Assembly: GCA_002269645.1 (NCBI GenBank)
Contig: NIVC01001674.1
Span: forward strand, 1-64,000
Direction of reading: 5' to 3'
DNA: 64,000 bases
Origin: Macrostomum lignano
Lineage: Eukaryota
The notes under the pieces were generated by a model. That model was not told the origin of the DNA. It worked only from the letters and a program-made list of their open reading frames with translations, and made no database searches. Within the stretch, counting starts at the first letter, position 1. Each line of letters begins with the position of its first letter. Positions 1 through 10,029 of the stretch are shown here, piece by piece. The position numbers and the translations under genes are program-made.

Positions 1-3000
1 CGCTTTGGCAATTGATCTCTGGACAGGCCAATAGATTTCTCTCGCGATGAAGTGCCCCCACTGCAACCATCCAATCTTCTTGCTCTTCGTGCTCATAAGT
101 TGGCTGAGCAGCAGATTGCGCATTTGCGTTGGTCATTTCGGGTAGCTCCGCAACTGCTTCGACTTCTTCGTCAGCTTCGTCGTTGCGCAAATCGTCCAAA
201 TTGGGCAGCTGCAGCTCGCATCGATTCTCAGCAGGCATGGCTTCGTACGCTTGCTGCCAGCTTGTGTGCAAACCTTTGGCTTCTCGCTCATTTCGCCAAC
301 AACTGTACAACAAAACTGCTGCCGATAATAGCCTTCGCGTCTTTCGTCTGATTGCTCATTCGGTCGAAAAAATGGACTGATTAGCAAAACTACTTGTTTC
401 GGCCTTTTTGTGCACCTCCCATTAGGGCTGAGACAGTAGTCGGAAAAGAAACGAAACATTGTTACATTTTCCAAATTCTTTGCACGCTTTGAATACTTGT
501 CGCAACTATTCCTGCAAACACCCTTTTCCTCCACTGCGCGGGTTTCGCCAGTCTGAACAAAAACAAATTCTCGCGAACCCTTGTACATTGACGTCTGCAA
601 TAGCAAATGCATTGCCTCTTGCGCCGAATAATCACGCGCTCCAACTTGCGCCATCAAGTGTTGTTGTACAACACGCCTTGCAGTGTTGCTACGCTGAAAA
701 TTGTTATCGGCATTCTGTTCTGCATTATCTTCCAACTCCTTATGAAGACGCTTTGTCAGCTCCGCCATATAATCCGACTCCTTTTCGCTTTTTGTCGCAT
801 ACTTGATCAAATAGCGAATCAAATTCTTCACGGACGAAATCATTTGAACATCGACATTGGCTCTCCACATGCACAGCAACTGCGGACTGTGAGAAATCAT
901 TCGCTCGTCGTTGCGCTGCGTCTCAACTTGCCAATTTAAACGGGATACTCGCTTTGCAACAGTCTTTTCCTGCGGCTCGCGCGGATACTTGAATCGGCAC
1001 TCTTGTTTGCCTTTTACTGTTCGCAAGCACTTTTTACTGCAAATAGTGTGCCTCTCTGTCAAATGCGAAATTAACTGCAAATCTTGCTTGTCATTTTCAA
1101 TCTCTTCCGGTTTCAGTTGAGCTGGATGACCTTGACCTGCTAAACTGCCATTCAAAACTTGATTTCCATAATCCGATTCGTCCATGGCCAAATTCCAACT
1201 ACAGATGTACTTGTCAACAAAGCTCGTCAATTCTTCTGCATTCAATGTATTCGATGTCACATCAACACCATCTGGCATCCAAATGCAACCGTGAACGTGT
1301 GGACTTCCGCGACTCTGATATTCTATGCGAAACCAATAATCGTTTACTTTCCAGTGCTCGACCAAAAAACGTTTCAAACATGTTTCAAATCGCAACCAAA
1401 ACACAGTGTCTGCCATTCCGGGATCTTTTTGCAACTTTGACAACATTTCTGCTCTTAGTTCTACATTGCTTTCATATTGCTCTGCATCGATTCCCCAGGC
1501 ATGCTGCAACTCTGGCCAATGTACATCTGCTGCCGATAGTGTCACGAAAAAATGAGGAACACCAAGCGTTCGAATCATGGCTTCCAATTGCCGTCCTTTA
1601 CTCTGCCAATAAGCGCTTGTGCCTCGCAAATCTGATGCTCGAACTGACACGCTAGCCAATACTGCCGGGTCATTTAGTGCTTCAATCATTTCCTTGGCAC
1701 TTAATCCAGCATACTTGTTGTCGTGTACAAACACGCGACCAACTTCCAGCGCCCTCCAACGCATCACCATATTTTCAATGTAAAATTTAAACCGCAAATC
1801 GGTACGAAATCTTGGACACCGGAATTGCATCAAATGCTTTGCATAGTCGCCCAAACTTAGTCCAAAATTACGTGGCGTACTATAATCTCCTGCTCCATCC
1901 GGAAAGAGATGAGGATAAGCCAATGTAAAATATCCTTCATCCTGAAATTCGTTTACCGGCTCGTTGCTTCTTGCTGGCCATTTCAATTTTTCACTCAAAA
2001 ATTTGTCTCGTACTGCCGATTCCAATCGACGCAAAGGAGTCTCCAACAGCGAACTAATTGTTTCCTCGAGCTCGTTCGTCTCGTCCGCATTTTTTTCTAC
2101 TTGTTGCTGCAATCGCTCAGCTCTGGCTGAGCCGCCTTCTTGCTGTGCCGCCTCGAAATTCACTTCATTGTCAGACTGCATTTCGACAATCATACCTTCT
2201 ACTTGATGAGCATAACCATCTTCAGGCAGATGTAGCAACGCATCATTATTCATTGAAACCTGATACTGTCTAAAGTACTTGTTGTTTGCCATTAAATAGC
2301 GCATCGCATTAGTCACTTTGTCGCGTCGAACTCGCAAATTGTTCATTGTGCCGCTTTGCGCTTCTCCAGGCTGAACACGGGCTCTTTCGTCGTACATTAA
2401 AACAACTGGCAGAGATCGTCTTGGCAGCTCTCGCAAAACGTGCGACTGATCTTGAGGCAACATGATTCCGTGTCCTCTCGATTTTGTTTGCTTTTGGGGA
2501 AAAATTTGTACCACAACAATAACCGACAAAACTGGCGAAATCAACATTTGCTCTGCTACACTCAAATCTTGCAAATCTTCTGGCTGCTCCAACATCGGAA
2601 TCGCATTGTTTTCTTGGCTAAACGATTTCGGCTCATTGTCATCTCTGAAACAACGATCGCACATGTCTTCAGAATCGATGCTAAAATATTTTCCAGGAAA
2701 CTTTTCCCTACACACGTAGCACTGTTTCAAATGTGATACTTTTGTTATGTTTTCATTGAAAAAGTCTTGCCTCATCTTTTTGAACTGGTCTGTGAACGGA
2801 TTGCGAAGGCACTTTGGCAGATTAGGATCTCCGATTTCATCTTCAACAATTGGAGCATCTTGAGCGCTCTCTTCTGAAGTGCTGCTCTGCGGAACATTTT
2901 CTTTAGCTGGCTGCTGCTCCATTGTAGGCCGCTTTCTGGGTGACGAACGGATCGCTTCATCAGGCTTCTCCTGAGTAGCACGTGTCTTTCGTGGTGATGA

Positions 3001-3774
3001 ATACGTAGAAGTAGCTGGAATATTATCAGACTGACGTTTATCTTGCTGCTCCTGCTGCAAAGGTGCCGTCTTCCTAGGCGACGATCGAACGGGTTCGCAG
3101 ATATGATTTTCTGCGTTTGTCAATCTCTGTTTCCGTGGTAAAGAATTTGCATAGTTGACCACTTGCTGCTGGTTTTTCAAACGCTCGCTGCGACGAGTAG
3201 GAGCACTTGGTACAACGTCGCTCTTCTTTTCTCGACCTCTTCCTTTTTCCAAATGGCAAGAAACGCTTGAAACCGCCGAAACTGAGTCGCCACAACCGAT
3301 GCAACTGCAACATGGTGCTCTCCGAGTGCGACTGCTTCTTCTCAATAAGCTCTGACCAGATACACTAGAGGCTGCAACAGACACAGACTCTAATGTGTTT
3401 GCTTTAGCGCTCAGTCGACTACTCCGACGCGTAGCGCAACTTGCCTTCCCAACATCCTTTTTACGCCGACTGCGCCGCGGAACATTTGATGGCACGGACT
3501 CTGACACACGATCACTTTTAACTGACTCTGACACATGCTCAATTTCAACTGACTCTGCGCTATCCTCCGCGTCAAGATCGACATTCCAATTCCAGACAGA
3601 GTTGTTCCGATCCCGAAGCACTTCATATGAATTCGGATGCGCAAACAAACTCGTATTATTTTCCAAGGACTTTGCTTGATTTCTACAACGTCCCTTCCAA
3701 TGCCTACTTTGAACTCGGGTCCAGTCTGCAACCTTTTCAAAAGGCGTCATTGGTGGAGCTGGAGGTGGCATCAT
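1..3774 (-). CDS. Helitron-type Rep (HUH endonuclease) protein, frameshifted near 312-315 and continuing off the window
   Basis: ORF 133-3774 has HFFVTLSAADVHWPEL (motif 1), RIEYQSRGSPHVHGCIW (HUH motif 2) and YLIKYATK (motif 3). It also has a CxxC..CxxC zinc knuckle and a LSVAEQMLISPV..RVRRDKVTNAMRYL region (DUF6570-like). Adding one T to the T4 run at 312-315 restores YYRQQFLLYSCWRNE..EQEDWM, open to base 1. Confidence 0.9.
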
Positions 3775-4408
3775 TACAACAGGATCTTCGACAACATGAA
3801 CATTCTCGTTGAGAGGGGCATTTCCACATTCTTGGCGCTCAAATCTCCTTGGCCAGTCGGCCGAACTGAGCTTGCTTCATTAACTTCCAAATCATTGACA
3901 CGAACGATTTCGTAGTGTTGACTACCAGGATTAAACAACAATCGAATAGTAGCCAAACGTTCTCCAATATTCGGTCGGGAATAATGGCCAGGCCGCGCTA
4001 GATTAAGCATGTTTGACTGATAAATAAACACTTCTAGCCGCAACAGTTCACCAATTAGTTCTGGAACTCCGCATGGCACGTACATACGGGGACGCCTTGT
4101 ATCGTCGCGCACTTTTTCCCAATTCAGTCCTGTTTGCATAATTCTTTCCTGATTATTGACATCGCGATGCACCCATTGCTCGAATTCTGCAGCAACCGCA
4201 TCTCGAAAATCTTCTACGCTTAGCGATTGATAGGCGGAAAAACCTGGCAGTTCTTGTAATTGTCTCAATATGGCCGTGAAAAAACAGTTGCCGTCACCTC
4301 GTACATTCTCAACGCGACACGAAGAAAAAGGAACCCATACAGGTTGGACTTGTACAGCAGCAGTTACATGACCTTCGGCAAAATCCATTGCAGTAGCACC
4401 TGTTTCAT
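3774..4408 (-). CDS. OTU-family cysteine protease (deubiquitinase-like) exon
   Basis: VRGDGNCFFTAI (catalytic Asp/Cys box) and SQHYEIV (His box). Acceptor ttttacAG at 4410-4409 is phase 1 and matches the upstream exon. Confidence 0.85.
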
Positions 4409-4593
4409 CTGTAAAAGAATACAACTCTTAAACAGTGAGGTATGATAATTTTAAGGAATTGAGCATTAATTGTATTTTGCACAAGTCGTAAACACTAAAA
4501 TCTAATTTTCAATATTCGCAAGCAAAGTCAGATGTAAGAAAGAAAATTAACTTGTACTATGCATAGAAATTCAATAAAAAATAAAACTCTCAC

Positions 4594-4965
4594 CAGCACT
4601 CAAGTAGCCTATAAGTTGCTCATTGTAAGCAGCACCAGAATTGGGCACTTCAGCATCACCTTCGACCACGGGGTATTCCGAAGCAGCCAGAGCGTCGGCC
4701 AGAGCAGCATCATGTTCAGCTAGCAGGGCAGCCAGACCAGCCTCGTCCAGCTTAATCACAGACTCAGTTTTAGCAGCAGCATCAGCAGAAGCACCAGCTT
4801 TAGTCCCAGCAGCGGCAATAGAAGAGGCAGCAGCAGCTTCCGGTTGTACATCTGGCTCTTGAATCTGTTCTTCGCCAGCAGTTAAATCACCGACAGCAGC
4901 AACTTTAATATTATTCTTGGAGCGGCTCCAGTTTTTCTTCTTCGGCCGTCCGCACTTTTTCGCAC
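4594..4965 (-). CDS. Upstream exon of the OTU gene with an AT-hook (KKCGRPKKK) and an Ala/Glu-rich linker
   Basis: Acceptor ttaaacAG at 4967-4966, donor G|GTGAGA at 4593. Open frame; the phase-1 junction gives ..YLSA-D-ETGATAM across a 185-bp intron. Confidence 0.75.
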
Positions 4966-5246
4966 CTGTTTAAAGTCACAGTAAAAAAGAAATTTATAAA
5001 TCTACCTATATATATATATATATATATATGTCTGTCCATCTATTTCGCTCTAGAGCGTGCCATTCTTGATCAATTTTGATAGCGTTTTTTCTAAACTATT
5101 GCAGATTTTGCACTGATTATACAGTGGTCAAAATTTCTTAAATCTGCTCAAATTCTAAGGGTGTTAAACATTCGAAAATAGAGTTTCTATAATTATTTTA
5201 ATGATCTGTCAAACAAGGTCAGATTCCAATTGAATTTATTCCCTTT

Positions 5247-5430
5247 GTCGAAACTATTCAGTCGAAACTACTCAGTCGAAACTATTGAGTTCACACTATT
5301 CAGTCAAAACTACTCAGTCAAGATTATTAAGTCTAAACTATTCAGTTGTAACTATTCAGTTGAAATTATTCTGTCTGTCAAAACTATTCAGGCGAAACTA
5401 TTCAATCTAAACTATTGAGTGTGAACTATT
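5247..5430 (+). repeat. Degenerate short tandem array (AAACTATTCAGT core)
   Basis: About 10 imperfect copies visible. Confidence 0.7.
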
Positions 5431-5744
5431 GATTTGAGCTGCGTCAGTTAAGAGTTTGAAAAATTCACATTTTTAGACATCTGAAAAACACTTTTTTACA
5501 GAATTACCTGTGAACTATTCAGTGTGAGTTATAGTGTGAACAATTGAGATTTATTGTTTGGTAAATAAATTGTGTAGTGCAGGAACTTTTTAGTTTGTCT
5601 GTTGCCCAAATGGGCAGCCAAGAATGCTAGTAAAAGCTGGTTTCCTAAGGTGTGAATATTAATAATAAAGGTAGGATTGCTTTGAAACTATTCCTGAAAG
5701 TAGCACCTATCACCTGCAAGTTGCAACAAATGTACAAAACTTAC

Positions 5745-5824
5745 TATTGGCAGCAACAGAAGAAGCACTTGTATCCTTGTTAATGCTAGTGTTGTCCTTG
5801 ATGCTGTTTTTGTCGTTGCCCATC
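5745..5824 (-). CDS. Candidate 80-nt exon (MGNDKNSIKDNTSINKDTSASSVAAN), phase-compatible with the AT-hook exon
   Basis: Bounded by tttagacAG and GTAAGT, contains an ATG and ends in phase 1. Lies inside the putative Helitron-NA. Confidence 0.4.
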
Positions 5825-7317
5825 CTGTCTAAATAAACATGTTAGTAAATATTTCAGAATGATAAAGAAACTAATTAGCTAAACACAGAAAACATGCTAC
5901 TCTTTACCAAGTTAACTCAACTCTTTTCTGGTGGCAAATTTAGTTAAACTACGAACACTAGCACTGCTACTGGATTGTGGATTAATATGCTGCAGCATAA
6001 TATACTGGCATATAGGCGGTGTGTGCCATGTAGTTTTTGTGCTTTCAAACATTTTTTCTTGGATTTAGTGCATATTTTCTAGAGTTTTTTCAGGCATATT
6101 CCATGTTTTTGTACATGCTTCTAGGAATTCTATATCAGCAAAAAAACATCCCTTGGTAAAAATTCACCATAAACTAAGTGTCTAGCACTTTCAAGCATTG
6201 CTTGATATAAGGAGCATTGGCATGTATATATTGTCTAGCAAAAATGCTAAATTTATAATAAATTGAGCAGAATTTATAAAAAGTGTCCACAAACTTCTAC
6301 CATTAAGCAGAGTACTACAGATATTTGTACTATGCTAAACATATGAAGAAATAAAAAGAATACTTACTTCAAAACTAAAGTCTTAAGTCAAAATTATGCA
6401 AACAAAAGGAAAATTCAAGTTAAATTTGACTGATAACTACAAAATAAAATGTGAAAGGATGAGTACTTTTAAAAGATATATGTAAATATGACTATAATTT
6501 ATAAAAATATGGAGCAAAAAGCAAAGCAGAGAAAAAAAACGTAAATATTTGGCAGAATACAATTAATTAGCTATAAAATAATATTAAAGTACTATACTTC
6601 AGTTATATTTCAAATAAAATTTGAAGCTTACACTTACAGTGTAAAACTGATAACAATTGAATATATTACAATTAAAACTTGTACTTGTAGAATATAATAT
6701 ATTGTACAATAATTATATATAATGTAGTAGGATACGAATAAATAGCGTAACAAAACCGAATATTATAGCTACAGATTGAAGCTTGAAAATATTTCAGATT
6801 TAGATAGCGTTTGCTTAGATAAGTTGCTTTGAAAATTTGGGGTCAAATTTGTCCTACAGCAATAAACTACTGTTAACATAACCGATTTAAATTTAAATTT
6901 TTGTAGAAATTATAAGGAACAGAACGACTGAAATGTACAGTTTAATTATTTCAAAATTAAATAATTTCGAATTCTATTTTACCTTATTGCTTTCTTCAAT
7001 TAAATTTTGTTATACAATTTATAAAATGCCTATTTTCAAAATATACCTCAAAAAGTAAGTTCAACAGCTTTAAAAATGCGCACGTTTTTACACTTCACGG
7101 CTCCAAAAAGTCACCATAGAAGATTTTTGCAGGACGCAAGACTTTTTACGTTACAAAATAGCACTTTTATGTGCATTTTTTATTCAGTTTCAAAAGGCTT
7201 TTTAGTTACCTATTTGGTATTTTTTGTTTTAAAGATTTTTGCGAAATCAGGTCATTTTAACTTGTTACGAAACTGTGGACCCACACTTTTACGCAACGCA
7301 ATGCGCATGATGTCATC

Positions 7318-8372
7318 TTAAAGCACTTGCTAAATGCTATTTATTGACACTACACTGAAGGCCTGGCGTAGGATAGTTAATAAATGGCAGCGTGAAATAT
7401 AGCAAAAAAACGCATAGTACCGGAACCTCGTAATTCGGTAAAATGTTAATAGCGTCAAAATACGAATTTTCGCACACTAACGAAGATGGCAGTCATCTGT
7501 ACGTGTTTACTGGGCACAATAGTGCTCTTGGAAGCTAAGAACCTCATAGCGAAAATTAATATATTTTCCGCCCTATGTAGTGCTCAAATGGGTTGTTTTT
7601 GCACAAAATCACGTTTTTCGATTTTGAGAGTCAATTAAAAATTTTTTTTGCAACTGACAGACGTGAATGTCACTTTTTCTGAGAGTATTCATCTAGATGT
7701 TTCTAATAAGTACTAATATGGGTCATTCTTATGCTTCACCTATCCTTAGTATAGGTACAAAGTCATTATTTCATTTCCAGCAAGTCACGTGACCTGGCCT
7801 GAGGTGTACAACGCATCGTGCAATGCCAGCGAACATACACTCAAATTAAAGCACTTTTTAAATGCTAACTATTGACACCACACTGAAGGCCTGGCGTAGC
7901 ATCGTTAATAAATGGCAGCGTGAAATATAGCAAAAAAACGCATAACACCGGAACCTCGTAATTCGGTAAATGTTATTAGCGTAAAAATACGAATTTTCGC
8001 ACACTAACGAAGATAGCAGTCATCTGTACGTGTTTACTGGGCACAATAGTGCTCTTGGAAGCTAAGAACCTCATAGCGAAAATCAATAAATTTTTCACCC
8101 TATGTGTGCTCATATAGGTTGTTTTTGCACAAAATCACGTTTTTCGATTTTAAAAGTCAATTATAACAAAATTTTGCAACTGACAGACGTGAATATCATT
8201 TTTTCTGACAGTAGTCATCTAGGTGTTTCTAATAAGTACAAATTTTGGTTCATTCTTACGCTTCACCTATCCTTAGTATAGGTACAAAGTCATTATTTCA
8301 TTTCCAGCAAGTCACGTGACCTGACCTGAGGTGTACAACGCATCGTGCAATGACAGCGAACATACATTCAAA
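7318..8372 (+). repeat. Tandem duplication, 2 x ~528 bp, diverged
   Basis: ttaaagcac.. starts at 7318 and 7846, and a degenerate third start is at 8373. Each unit carries GTCACGTGAC (7784-7793, 8311-8320). Confidence 0.95.
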
Positions 8373-8930
8373 TTAAAGTACATCTAAAATGTAGTTCAAT
8401 GACACCAAGCGCGTCGCGCTCCGGTAATCCGCTCAAAAGTTACAGGCTAAAAAGTATGTTCGATATGCAAGCCCCCGTACCGTCGTTAAAGTACATTTCT
8501 GTACCGGCAGCGACTTCAATAAACTAAGACGAAATTTCAAAATATACATATTGTGCGCAATTTAGTTGTGCACCTTGCCTAAAAAGTCTGATTTTCCTAG
8601 CATGTCGTCGTTTCTTATTTTTTGTACATTTGTATCATGAAAAATACATAAAAATAGCCTAAATCACGTTTATCGACTTTAGCAGTGTATGGCTCAGAGT
8701 CAGTGCAACGAAACGGCTCAAAATGTATTATAAACATGTAGATCTTACCTAAATGACCGCATTCATGTACTTTTTAGAGTCTCGCAACAAGGTTGAATTT
8801 CCTTTATTTCGGTTCGAATACCTACCCGTCGAATATTCGAATGTAATTAACAGGTGCGAATGTACAGTTAAAGTGAGTATCTTGGTTAAAGTCGTGCGTC
8901 ATGTAAGAGTCCCAGGTGCCATTGTTAGAA

Positions 8931-8978
8931 TGACGCAGCTCAAAGGTCGCGCTGACGCGCGACCTTTGAGCTGCGTCA
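8931..8978. other. Perfect 22-bp stem hairpin with a 4-nt loop
   Basis: tgacgcagctcaaaggtcgcgc-tgac-gcgcgacctttgagctgcgtca. Confidence 0.95.
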
Positions 8979-9391
8979 GTTGAAAGTTGATAAAAATGCG
9001 CATTTTTTGACACTTAAAAAACACACTTTTACAGAATTACCTATCAAGGTAAGCATTTAGCGGAAAATAACCAATCAGTGTCTTGAAGGTCTGAAAATTC
9101 GCCAAAAGTTGGGTTCAATCAATTTTTGACTCCATATTGTGAATCCTTATTTTTTGAGATTCAAGATTTGGACGGGTCTAAAAAAAGTCACTTTTTTGTT
9201 GCCATGGCAACCAAGACGCGTTGCTATGGAACTTTCACGTCACACATCTTGTAGCCCTAAATGTTTTACGTCCATAGAGGGGTCACACATGGTTTCATCT
9301 CAAGTGGTTTTAACTCTGCATCAATTTTATTTTCTAAAACGTTGATTTTACGTTGGGGGAGTCTCCGGGACATCTTATCTCGGTCTCGTTT

Positions 9392-9483
9392 GTCCGAAAA
9401 AATTGCCAACGAGGAGCTACGCTCGCTTCGCTCGCTTCGCTCCTCGTTGGCAATTTTTCCGGACTGCACTTCGACCTAACTAG
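9392..9483 (+). other. Helitron-type 3' terminal hairpin plus CTAG
   Basis: aaaaattgccaacgaggagc (9398-9417) pairs with gctcctcgttggcaattttt (9439-9458), extendable to about 26 bp. CTAG lies 15 nt downstream. Confidence 0.75.
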
Positions 9484-10029
9484 TAAATAAATTTTAATTT
9501 TGTCAGTTTATTTAAAGTATAAAATATAATTGTTAATATTATAACTAAATATTATACTATTGATGAATTTAAACTTATTTAATTTTTTTATGTCTTGTAG
9601 ACATCTATTGCTTTAAATTTGACTTGTAGGCTAATTGTCAAGGCATATTGTCTTGATTCTTGAAATTACAATTGAAATGATTTATTCATTTTATAATGTG
9701 CCTGTGAGTCTGTGACCTGACTGACGTATGTAGCATGTAGTATGTATTAGTTATTAACTAATACAGATTTTTAAATAGATTTTTATATCTAATTAACTAT
9801 TACTATTAGTATGAGTATAAGCATGACTGACCAGTGACCAATAGAGTTATTGACCAATTGACCAATTGACCATGGCATATAAGAATTGAGTCATTGCTAG
9901 TGACTTTGACAGCCTACTACATTCTATAATTTTTCTTTTTTAATATTCAAAAAACTTTTATTAAAAAATTTCAGCCTAGCTTTTGGATCTGCAATTTCAC
10001 TTAACACTGAACTGCTACTGCTCATCTAC

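Larger units (their letters stand above)
1..4965 (-). mobile_element. Helitron2/Helentron-like autonomous rolling-circle transposon (partial; helicase expected beyond the left edge; 5' end not located)
   Basis: HUH Rep motifs plus upstream OTU and AT-hook exons in the same orientation. OTU is an established accessory domain of animal Helentrons. Confidence 0.85.
5001..9483 (+). mobile_element. Putative non-autonomous Helitron (4483 bp)
   Basis: Starts A|TCTACCTATATATA at 5001. Ends with a GC-rich hairpin (9392-9464), then CTAG at 9480-9483 followed by T. Removing it joins AT-rich flanks at A|T with no TSD, as expected for Helitrons. Confidence 0.55.

Noticed and set aside
5908-6240. Coding-looking stretch upstream of the 5745-5824 exon
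   Set aside because: All three minus frames hit stops near the GTAAAG donor, and no domain is recognisable.
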